From: Gammaproteobacteria bacterium
GTDB taxonomy: Bacteria; Pseudomonadota; Gammaproteobacteria; Poriferisulfidales; Poriferisulfidaceae
DNA: 64,000 bases
NCBI GenBank assembly: GCA_026706895.1
Contig: JAPOXW010000020.1
Coordinates: forward strand, 57,329-121,328
Direction: 5' to 3'
The notes below the pieces were generated by a model. The model searched no databases and was not told the DNA's origin. It saw only the letters and a program-made list of their open reading frames with translations. Each line of letters starts with the position of its first letter. The first letter of the stretch is position 1. This document shows, piece by piece, positions 33,867-41,496 of the stretch. The position numbers and the translations under genes are program-made.

Positions 33867-34886
33867 GTGGTGTCGCTGACCCTGGGTCAGATCGCGGAAA
33901 TCGCGGACGCCCGGATTTCCGATCCTCCGCCGGTTCCGGATCTCCTTATCGATCACGCTTCCTCCCTGGGCACTGCCGGGCCCGGTTCCATTTCCTTCTA
34001 CAGTCACGCCCGCCACCGGGCTGAACTGCAACAGACCCAAGCGAGCGTGGTGCTGCTGCGCGAACCGGACCGGGCCGATTGCCCGGTTCCGGCGCTGTCC
34101 TGCAAGGATCCCTATCTCGGCATGGCGCGAGTGCTGCAGGCCTTGTACCCGATCCCCGAGGTGACGCATGCCGTCCATCCCGGCGCCCTCGTCGACGACA
34201 GCGCGCAGTTGGAGGCGCCGGTGCGGGTGGATTTCGGTTGCGTGGTGGGGGCGAATGCGCGCGTCGGCGCCGGCAGCGTGCTCGGCCCGCACTGTGTGAT
34301 CGGCGAAGGCGTGACCTTGGGCGAAGGCTGTGTCCTGCATGCCCGGGTTACCTTGAACGAAGGGGTCCGGGTCGGTGACCGGGTGGAGTTCTGGCCCGGC
34401 GTGGTGGTCGGATCCGACGGTTTCGGCTATGCCCAACAGGATCAGCAGTGGGTCAAACTGGTACACCGCGGCGGCGTACGGATCGGGGACGACTGCGAGA
34501 TCGGGTCCAACAGCACCATCGACCGCGGCATGCTGGATGACACCGTGATCGGCTGCGGGGTCAAGATCGACAACCAGGTGCAAGTTGCACACAACGTCCG
34601 CATCGGCGATCACTCCGCCATCGCCGGCAATGCGGGCATCGCGGGAAGCGCGAAGATTGGCCGCTACTGCCAGATCGGAGGGGCGGCCGGCGTGCAGGGC
34701 CACGTGGAGTTGGCCGATGGGGTTATCATTACAGGCATGTCCAAGGCGAACCAGACGCTGACCCGTGCCGGTGCATACAGTTCCGGCACGTCCATCCAGG
34801 AGAATGCGGACTGGTTGCGCAACGTGGCCCGCTTCAAGCAGCTCGACCGGATCGTGCGGGCCCTGAAGCAAGGAGAGAAGACGTGA
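33867..34886 (+). CDS. lpxD: UDP-3-O-(3-hydroxyacyl)glucosamine N-acyltransferase
   Basis: GTG start; left-handed beta-helix hexapeptide repeats; bamA-skp-lpxD-fabZ-lpxA order. Confidence 0.9.
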   Translation: MVSLTLGQIAEIADARISDPPPVPDLLIDHASSLGTAGPGSISFYSHARHRAELQQTQASVVLLREPDRADCPVPALSCKDPYLGMARVLQALYPIPEVTHAVHPGALVDDSAQLEAPVRVDFGCVVGANARVGAGSVLGPHCVIGEGVTLGEGCVLHARVTLNEGVRVGDRVEFWPGVVVGSDGFGYAQQDQQWVKLVHRGGVRIGDDCEIGSNSTIDRGMLDDTVIGCGVKIDNQVQVAHNVRIGDHSAIAGNAGIAGSAKIGRYCQIGGAAGVQGHVELADGVIITGMSKANQTLTRAGAYSSGTSIQENADWLRNVARFKQLDRIVRALKQGEKT

Positions 34887-35341
34887 GCGAAGGTTTTGAC
34901 ATCCAGGAGATCCAGCGGCTGCTGCCGCATCGTCACCCGTTCCTGCTGGTGGACCGGGTTCTGGAAATTGACCCCGGGGTATCGATTCAGGCGATCAAGA
35001 ACATTACGGTCGACGAACCATTCTTCCAAGGGCATTTCCCCGGAATCCCGATCTTCCCGGGCGTCCTGATCCTGGAGGTGATGGCCCAGGCTTCTGGCCT
35101 GCTGGTGTTTAAAACGCCGGAGTACTGCCCGGAGAACGACAACCTGTACATGTTCGTCGGGGTCGACAAGGCCCGCTTCAAGAAACCAGTCGTGCCTGGC
35201 GACCAGCTGGAGGTCGACGTGAAACTGATGTGGATGCGCCGGAACTGCGCCTCATTCGATGCCACCGCCTCAGTCGACGGCGAAGTCGTGGCCACCGCCG
35301 GGATCATGTGCATGTTCAAGGAACTGCCGTCAGAGGCGTAA
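34883..35341 (+). CDS. fabZ: 3-hydroxyacyl-ACP dehydratase FabZ
   Basis: LLPHRHPFLLVDRVLE, HFPGIPIFPGVLILEVMAQ hot-dog fold. Confidence 0.95.
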   Translation: MSEGFDIQEIQRLLPHRHPFLLVDRVLEIDPGVSIQAIKNITVDEPFFQGHFPGIPIFPGVLILEVMAQASGLLVFKTPEYCPENDNLYMFVGVDKARFKKPVVPGDQLEVDVKLMWMRRNCASFDATASVDGEVVATAGIMCMFKELPSEA

Positions 35342-35355
35342 CCGGACTCCGAGAC

Positions 35356-36138
35356 TTGAGTATTCATCCGACGGCCGTGGTGGACGCCGGGGCGGAGATC
35401 GACCCCACGGCGGAAATCGGCCCGTACGCGGTCATCGGCCCGCACGTGCGCATCGGCGCCGACACCTGGGTCGGCCCGCACGCCGTGGTCACCGGGCGCA
35501 CCACCGTGGGCCGGGAGAACCGGGTCTTCCAGTTTGCCTCGGTCGGCGAGATTCCGCAGGACAAGAAGTATGCCGGCGAGGACAGCGAACTGGTCATCGG
35601 CGACGGCAACACCATCCGCGAGTTCGTGACCCTCAACTGCGGCACGGCCCAGGGCGAGAACTGCACCCGGATCGGGAACCGGAACTGGATCATGGCGTAC
35701 GTGCACATTGCGCACGACTGCGTAATCGGGGACGACGTGACATTTGCGAACGGTGCAACGCTGGCGGGTCATGTCGAGATCGAGGATCACGCGATTCTGG
35801 GAGGCTTCACCCTGGTGCACCAGTTCTGCCGCATCGGACGCCATGCGTTCAGCGGCATGGGCTCCGCCTTGAACAAGGACCTCCCGCCTTTCGTGCTGGC
35901 ATCGGGCAACCTGGCCCGTCCTTACGGACTCAACCGCGAAGGATTGCGCCGGGCCGGCTTCTCCGAGGAGACGATGGAGGCGTTGTCACGGGCCTACAAG
36001 CTGCTGGTCCGTGTGTCGGGCGGGCAGCCGGAGGACGAGATCCAGCAACTGGCCGGACAATATCCGGAAGTGGAGCAGATGCGGGCGTTTATCGCAGAGA
36101 GTCGCCGCGGCATCATCCGCGAGAAGAGTTCCGACTGA
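35356..36138 (+). CDS. lpxA: acyl-ACP--UDP-N-acetylglucosamine O-acyltransferase
   Basis: TTG start 15 nt after fabZ stop; SIHPTAVVDAGAEI... hexapeptide repeats; 260 aa. Confidence 0.9.
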   Translation: MSIHPTAVVDAGAEIDPTAEIGPYAVIGPHVRIGADTWVGPHAVVTGRTTVGRENRVFQFASVGEIPQDKKYAGEDSELVIGDGNTIREFVTLNCGTAQGENCTRIGNRNWIMAYVHIAHDCVIGDDVTFANGATLAGHVEIEDHAILGGFTLVHQFCRIGRHAFSGMGSALNKDLPPFVLASGNLARPYGLNREGLRRAGFSEETMEALSRAYKLLVRVSGGQPEDEIQQLAGQYPEVEQMRAFIAESRRGIIREKSSD

Positions 36139-36190
36139 ATCGATTCGCTAGACGGTTTCTTGTGCAGAATGCCCTGCCCCATTTATGCTT

Positions 36191-36219
36191 TTGACAGCAT
36201 ATAATCTATAAGTTATATT
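36191..36219 (+). promoter_or_regulatory. putative sigma70 promoter (TTGACA - 17 bp - TATATT) in an AT-rich spacer after lpxA
   Basis: near-consensus -35 and a good -10 in an unusually AT-rich 150-bp stretch upstream of the inserted membrane-protein gene. Confidence 0.3.
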
Positions 36220-36296
36220 ATTCGCATGAGGTGGGCGGTTGCGTTTGATGTAATTTCTGGGCAAGAGCCTGGGGTTTTGGCTGCCGGGGCCGAACA

Positions 36297-36632
36297 ATGC
36301 GGAGGCGTGTCTGCTCTTGGTATCATGAGAGCGTTCTCATGGCTTTTGGGCGCGAAATCAAGATGGAGTTCGAGCGAGTGAAAGTGAGTCCCGAGATGGT
36401 GGGGATCGTCGGCGGATGGCTGACCGTTCTCGTGTTCGTGTGGACCCTAGGCCAGGATATGAGCGATTTGCGCACGGACATGAGCGATCTGCGCGTGGAC
36501 ATGAGCGATCTGCGCACGGAGCTGAAGGGCGATATCGCGCATCTCAACGGACGCATGGCGCGTGTCGAAGGCTTGCTCGAAGGTTACATCGAGAGATCTC
36601 GGACTGGGGAAGATATTGCGGTAACCGAATGA
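36297..36632 (+). CDS. hypothetical membrane-anchored coiled-coil protein with tandem DMSDLR(T/V) repeats
   Basis: one TM helix (MVGIVGGWLTVLVFVWTL), then DMSDLRT-DMSDLRV-DMSDLRT-ELKGDIAHLNGRMARVEGLLEGYI heptad coiled coil; start uncertain (36297/36339/36363). Confidence 0.45.
   Translation: MRRRVCSWYHESVLMAFGREIKMEFERVKVSPEMVGIVGGWLTVLVFVWTLGQDMSDLRTDMSDLRVDMSDLRTELKGDIAHLNGRMARVEGLLEGYIERSRTGEDIAVTE
36456..36518 (+). repeat. 3 x 21-bp perfect/near-perfect tandem repeat (GAYATGAGCGATYTGCGCRYG) inside the membrane-protein gene
   Basis: gatatgagcgatttgcgcacg / gacatgagcgatctgcgcgtg / gacatgagcgatctgcgcacg, in frame, encoding DMSDLR(T/V). Confidence 0.85.
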
Positions 36633-36728
36633 TCCGATCAGACAGGTCTTTCGCCTTTGGGACAGAGCGGTTCTACTGAGCGAGCGAGAAAGGAGATATA
36701 GAGTTCCGGGCAATCACCGAGAGTTTTT

Positions 36729-37082
36729 GTGGGCAGTAAAACATCGAAGACTTTGGAGGAGGTGCTGAACCAGTTCTCTCCTGAGCAGCGCAAGAAAATC
36801 GACGAACGAACGGACGAACTGATCGCCGAAATCATGTCGTTGCGGGATTTGCGCAAAGTCCGGGAGCAGACTCAGGAGCATGTCGCCGAGGTGCTCGAAA
36901 TCACCCAGGAGAATGTTTCGCGCATTGAGCGACGTCGGGACCTCCTGGTCTCGACGCTCAGGCGGCACGTCGAAGCGTTAGGCGGGCGATTGAGCCTGAT
37001 CGCAAAGTTTCCCGACCGTCCTCCAGTGGAACTGACCGGCATCGCCGATTCGGATGACAGCGAATCTCCGGCTCGGTCGTAA
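36729..37082 (+). CDS. XRE-family HTH regulator of the HigA-like antitoxin type
   Basis: GTG start; SLRDLRKVREQTQEHVAEVLEITQENVSRIERRRDLLVSTLRRHVEALGGRLSLIAKFPD matches antitoxins usually paired with an upstream RelE/ParE/HigB toxin. Confidence 0.7.
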   Translation: MGSKTSKTLEEVLNQFSPEQRKKIDERTDELIAEIMSLRDLRKVREQTQEHVAEVLEITQENVSRIERRRDLLVSTLRRHVEALGGRLSLIAKFPDRPPVELTGIADSDDSESPARS

Positions 37083-37172
37083 GGCGGGTCGGCTCGGGTG
37101 TGGCATCGTCTGTCGGCGCAGCCTCCCTGGGCATCTGCTTAATATGACTACATTGGTCTTTTCTGGCTGAAA

Positions 37173-37414
37173 ATGCAGGAAATTCAACTGCGCGAGGCAA
37201 AGGCGAAACTGTCCGCCCTCGTCGACGGCCCTATCATGGAGCCACCGTGGTGATTACCCGACACGGCAAGCCCCGAGCGGTTATTCTGGGGGTTGACGAA
37301 TGGAATCGGCTCCGCCGGGTCCCTTCCTTCGGTGAATTGCTGATGTCGGCTCCCATAGAGGACGGGGACCTGCCGGAACGGGACACCAGTCCTCCGCGTG
37401 AGATCGAGTTTTAG
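37173..37414 (+). pseudogene. Phd/YefM-family antitoxin gene disrupted by a frameshift
   Basis: frame 1: MQEIQLREAKAKLSALVDGPIMEPPW* (stop 37251-37253); -1 frame continues VVITRHGKPRAVILGVDEWNRLRRVPSFGELLMSAPIEDGDLPERDTSPPREIEF*; together a complete antitoxin. Confidence 0.55.
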
Positions 37415-37422
37415 GGTTGTCC

Positions 37423-37527
37423 GTGTACCTCGCGGACACAAACGTGCTATCGCTTGGGGCACTGGACCGACCCGATGCGCCCATACTGGAGTGGATGCAC
37501 GGGCACTCCGATAGCCTCCGAATATAG
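37423..37527 (+). pseudogene. truncated VapC (PIN) toxin remnant
   Basis: VYLADTNVLSLGALDRPDAPILEWMHGHSDSLRI* is the first ~34 aa of a PIN toxin including the first catalytic Asp, then terminates; abuts the lpxB 3' end. Confidence 0.45.
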
Positions 37528-37561
37528 AATTCTCGAATTTTTTCCCGCGCTGCGACAGAAA

Positions 37562-38686
37562 TCACCCGGACGTCGAAATCACCTGTTCCGCGCAGTCGGC
37601 CAGCTGGCGCATGCCGGCAGCCGGCCCCAGCCGCTCCTCGACTTTCTGCAGTCGCGCGCGCATCTGGTCGAGCTGGGTCGGATCGTCCAGCCATGGCGTA
37701 AGGGCAGCCGTAACCTGCCGGGGTGTTGCATCGGCCTGGATCAACTCGGTGACCAGGTCTTCGCCCGCGACGATGTTCGCGAGGCAATACCGGTCGATGC
37801 GCACCAGCAGGCGTGCCAGCAGGTAGCTCAGGTTCGCCAGACGATAAATCATGCAGAACGGGACGCGCATCAAAGCCAGTTGCAAAGTGACCGTGCCGGA
37901 GGCCGCCGCCGCCATGTCGCACACCTGCATGGCGTCGTAGACCGGTTCCTGCAGGCATTTCACTTCGGGCAGGTCGCCGAGCCACGGGGCGTAGTCGCTC
38001 GGTTTCAGCCCGGGCGGCATCACCAGCGCGAACTGTGGCCGGGCGGGATGATTCCTCAGTTCGCGCACCGCTCCGGCGCAGACCGGCATCAGGTGGGCGA
38101 GTTCGCTGCGACGGGAGCCGGGGAAGAGGCCGACCACGGGGCGCTGCGCGTCCAGTCCCCAGCGCTCGCGGACGGCATCGGGCGATCGCGTCGGACTTGT
38201 TTGCCCGCGCAGGGGGTGTCCGACATAAGTGACGGGCACGCGATGTTTTTCGTAGAAATCCCGCTCGAACGGGAAGACCACCGCCATGTGGTCGACGTGA
38301 CGGCGGATGGCGTGCACCCGCCAGGCCCGCCAGGCCCAGATCTGCGGGCTGATGTAGAACAGCACCGGCACGCCGTGTCGATGCGCGAACCGGGCGAGCC
38401 GCAAGTTGAATTCCGGGTAGTCGACCAGCACCAGAAGTTGGGGTTTCCAGGCCAGGACCTGTGCCTTGAGGGTCTTCAGCGCACTTCGGATTTCCCGGTA
38501 ATGGCGCAAGACCTCCACCAGCCCGACGACCGCAAGCTCGGTGGAATCGACCACCAGTTCGATGCCGGCTTCGCGTGAGGCTTCGCCGCCCATGCCGGAC
38601 CAGGTCCATTCGGGATGCCGGGCATGCAGTTCCTTGACCAGTTCCGCTGCGTATCGATCCCCGGAGGCCTCCCCGGAGACCAGCAT
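37562..38686 (-). CDS. lpxB: lipid-A-disaccharide synthase
   Basis: 375 aa from ATG 38686 (MLVSGEASGDRYAAELVKEL...); GT-B fold; the 454-aa track ORF is a GC-driven extension. Confidence 0.9.
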   Translation of the reverse strand: MLVSGEASGDRYAAELVKELHARHPEWTWSGMGGEASREAGIELVVDSTELAVVGLVEVLRHYREIRSALKTLKAQVLAWKPQLLVLVDYPEFNLRLARFAHRHGVPVLFYISPQIWAWRAWRVHAIRRHVDHMAVVFPFERDFYEKHRVPVTYVGHPLRGQTSPTRSPDAVRERWGLDAQRPVVGLFPGSRRSELAHLMPVCAGAVRELRNHPARPQFALVMPPGLKPSDYAPWLGDLPEVKCLQEPVYDAMQVCDMAAAASGTVTLQLALMRVPFCMIYRLANLSYLLARLLVRIDRYCLANIVAGEDLVTELIQADATPRQVTAALTPWLDDPTQLDQMRARLQKVEERLGPAAGMRQLADCAEQVISTSG

Positions 38687-38702
38687 CAAGTGGGGGGCCG
38701 TT

Positions 38703-39800
38703 TCAGGATTCGGCACGAGCGAGACTGGCGCAGATTTGTTCGATCTGGGCGGGCGAAAGCTCCGGGAACATTGGCAGCGACAGGCACTGGTCGCAGACCT
38801 GCTCGGCCGCCGGCAGCGAAACCCCATCCGCCCATGGCACATAGGCTTCCTGCCGGTGCAGGGGGATCGGATAGTAGATCCGGCTTTCAATGCCGTCCTT
38901 GGCCAGTTGCTCCTGGAGGGCGTCACGCTGCGGGCTCAGCAGGGTGTATTGGTGCCAGACGTGGCCGTCCGCGTCCGCGGGAGGCTGGATTCCGTCCAGT
39001 TTCTGGAGCCTTTCGGCATAGCGGCCTGCGGCCTGCCGGCGTTTCTCGTTCCATTCGGCGACATGCGGGAGTTTGATGCGCAGGACGGCGGCCTGGAGCT
39101 CGTCGAGGCGGCTGTTCAGGCCCAGCGTTTCGTGGTGGTAGGGCTGGCTGGAGCCGTGGTTGCGCAAGGCGCGCAGCCGGGTGGCGAGCTCGGGGTCCCC
39201 GGTCGCCACGGCACCGCCGTCGCCGCATCCGCCCAGGTTCTTGCTGGGGAAGAAGCTGAAGGAGGCGATCTGCCCGAATGTGCCGGTCGCCTGGCCTGCG
39301 GTTCTTGCACCAAAACTTTGCGCGCAATCCTCGACAATGGCGACATCCGGCCCGATTGCCTCTCGGACGGCGGAAACGTCGGCGGGTCGGCCGTACAGGT
39401 GCACGACCACGGCCGCGCGGGTGCGGGATGTAATCGCGTTTCGGCACGATTCGGGATCGACCAGGAAAGAGTCGGGGTCGATGTCCACGAAAACCGGGCG
39501 CGCGCCGGTCAGGGCGACGGCCTCGGCGGGCGCGGCGAATGTGAAGGCCGGGACCAGGACCTCGTCGCCGGGACCAATATCAAGTGCACGCAGGGACAGG
39601 CACAGTGCGTCCGTGCCGGAAGCGCAACTGACCACGTGGCCGATGCCGAGCATCTCGCCGAGTTCTGCTTCCAGGGCCCCGACCTCCGGACCGAGCACGT
39701 ACCGGCCGCTGCGCAGCACGCGCAGGGCGGCGGCCTCGATATCCTCCTGCAGGGCCGCGTATTGCTTGGTCAGGTCCAGGATGGGAATGGTGGGGCTCAT
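38703..39800 (-). CDS. gnnB: DegT/DnrJ/EryC1-family PLP aminotransferase (GnnB-like UDP-3-keto-GlcNAc transaminase)
   Basis: 365 aa; aminotransferase class V-like fold with the PLP-lysine region (SFFPSKNLGGCGDGGAV); lies between lpxB and a Gfo/Idh/MocA gene as in the gnnA-gnnB lipid A loci. Confidence 0.7.
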   Translation of the reverse strand: MSPTIPILDLTKQYAALQEDIEAAALRVLRSGRYVLGPEVGALEAELGEMLGIGHVVSCASGTDALCLSLRALDIGPGDEVLVPAFTFAAPAEAVALTGARPVFVDIDPDSFLVDPESCRNAITSRTRAAVVVHLYGRPADVSAVREAIGPDVAIVEDCAQSFGARTAGQATGTFGQIASFSFFPSKNLGGCGDGGAVATGDPELATRLRALRNHGSSQPYHHETLGLNSRLDELQAAVLRIKLPHVAEWNEKRRQAAGRYAERLQKLDGIQPPADADGHVWHQYTLLSPQRDALQEQLAKDGIESRIYYPIPLHRQEAYVPWADGVSLPAAEQVCDQCLSLPMFPELSPAQIEQICASLARAES

Positions 39801-40744
39801 GAGGCGTCCGTCTCCCGCATTCGCCGGGTGACTTCCAGTGCGGTGCGCAAGGCACGCAGGCCATCTTCTCCCCGCACCATGGGTTCGGTGCCCTGCCGGA
39901 TGCAGTCGATGAAGTGGTGGATCTCCTCGCGCAGCGAATCGGTCTCCTGGAAGGCCTCGGTCGTATGCTCGATGCGTTCCGAGGGTGGGGCATCGCCTTC
40001 GCGCAGGCGGTAACGGTCCAGTTCCCGCTTGTGCAGGTCGAGAGCGTAGCAGGAATGGTGCTGGAAGACGCGCATCCGGCGCTCGCTGCGGCGGCTCAGG
40101 CGGCTGGCGGTGACATTGGCGACGCAGCCGCCGGGGAACTCGAGCCGGGCATTGGCGATGTCCAGGGTGTCGCCGATCACGGCGGCGCCGCTGGCGCGGA
40201 TTTCATGGGGATCCTCGCCGACCACGGTCAGGGCCAGATCGATGTCGTGGATCATCAGGTCCAGGGTCACGTCGATTTCGGCGCCGCGCGGAGTCCAGGG
40301 CGCCAGGCGGTGGACTTCGATGAAACGGGGGGTCTCAAGCCCCTGCATCAGGGCGCAGAACGCCGAGTTGAACCGCTCCAGCAGGCCGACCTGAACGATG
40401 CGTTGCTTCTGGCGGGCGAGATCGATCAGTTCGGTGGCTTCTTCGACCGAGGAGGTGAAAGGCTTCTCGACCAGCACGTGGCAATCGGCTTCCAGGCAGG
40501 CCCGGGTGATCTCGTAGTGTTTCGCGGTCGGCACGACGATGCTGACCGCATCCGCTTGGCCGAGGATTTCGCGGTAGTCGGTGAAGCCGGGGACGTCGAG
40601 TTCTTCGCAGGCGGCGGCGAGGCGTTCGGAATCGGTGTCGACCACGCCGACCAACTCGGAATCGCCTAGGTCAGCGTATTTCTGCGCGTGAAACCGCCCC
40701 AGGTAACCGACCCCGATGACGGCGGTGCGAAGCGGGGAAGTCAC
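39797..40744 (-). CDS. gnnA: Gfo/Idh/MocA-family NAD-dependent oxidoreductase (GnnA-like UDP-GlcNAc 3-dehydrogenase)
   Basis: Rossmann N-terminus AVIGVGYLGRFHAQKY, EKP motif; probable GTG start at 40744; the 437-aa track ORF is extended by GC artefact. Confidence 0.65.
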   Translation of the reverse strand: MTSPLRTAVIGVGYLGRFHAQKYADLGDSELVGVVDTDSERLAAACEELDVPGFTDYREILGQADAVSIVVPTAKHYEITRACLEADCHVLVEKPFTSSVEEATELIDLARQKQRIVQVGLLERFNSAFCALMQGLETPRFIEVHRLAPWTPRGAEIDVTLDLMIHDIDLALTVVGEDPHEIRASGAAVIGDTLDIANARLEFPGGCVANVTASRLSRRSERRMRVFQHHSCYALDLHKRELDRYRLREGDAPPSERIEHTTEAFQETDSLREEIHHFIDCIRQGTEPMVRGEDGLRALRTALEVTRRMRETDAS

Positions 40745-40881
40745 GGGAGAAAAGGCGGTCGGACAGTGTGGCGCGGTTCCCGAAATTATAGCCCGCGGGA
40801 CTTTTCGAGGCACGGATTCCGGCTTGGGTACAATGCAGTTGTACACCCAATTTCGCTGTCTGGCCTTTCTCGATCCTGCCG

Positions 40882-41496
40882 ATGCCCGTTTCGCTGGAGT
40901 TATTGCCGACCCTGCCGGATCTTGGCTGCGTTGCGGGGGTGGACGAAGCAGGGCGGGGCGCGTTGGCCGGCCCGGTTGCCGCCGCCGCCGTGGTGCTGCC
41001 GGCGGATTGCAGTATCGAGGGCCTGACCGATTCCAAGAAGCTGACGCCAGCGCAGCGGGCGCGCGTGGCGGTGCAGGTTCGGGCCTCTGCCCGGGCGTAC
41101 GCGGTGGCATTCGTGCCGGCGCAGGAGATTGACCAAATCAACATCCTGCAGGCGAGCCTGCGTGCGATGGCGGAAGCGGTGGCCCGACTGCCGAACGGGA
41201 TCGAACACGTGCTGGTAGACGGCCGGCATTGTCCGGAATTGCCGTATCCGGCGACGGCGGTGGTTGGCGGAGATGCCCGGGTGGCCAGCATCAGCGCGGC
41301 ATCGGTGCTCGCCAAAGAGGCGCGCGACGCCTGGATGCGGCACTATGACTTGCAGGAGCCATGCTACCGGTTCACCCGGCACAAGGGTTACCCGTCGGTG
41401 GAACACCTGCGCGCGCTGTCCGAACACGGGCCCGGGCGGCAGCATCGCCGCAGTTACGCCCCGGTGCGCGCAGTTTTGGAGGAGCAGGCCGCATGA
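40882..41496 (+). CDS. rnhB: ribonuclease HII
   Basis: VAGVDEAGRGALAGPV...LTDSKKLT RNase HII motifs; 204 aa. Confidence 0.9.
   Translation: MPVSLELLPTLPDLGCVAGVDEAGRGALAGPVAAAAVVLPADCSIEGLTDSKKLTPAQRARVAVQVRASARAYAVAFVPAQEIDQINILQASLRAMAEAVARLPNGIEHVLVDGRHCPELPYPATAVVGGDARVASISAASVLAKEARDAWMRHYDLQEPCYRFTRHKGYPSVEHLRALSEHGPGRQHRRSYAPVRAVLEEQAA

Noticed and set aside
36139-36190. Possible rho-independent terminator after lpxA (gcagaatgccctgc ... ttttatgctttt)
   Set aside because: The stem is only 4 bp and the T-run is interrupted, so it is too weak to call.
37184-37462. 92-aa minus-strand ORF across the Phd/VapC remnant
   Set aside because: It lies antisense to recognisable, though decayed, antitoxin and PIN coding sequence, and its translation has no features.
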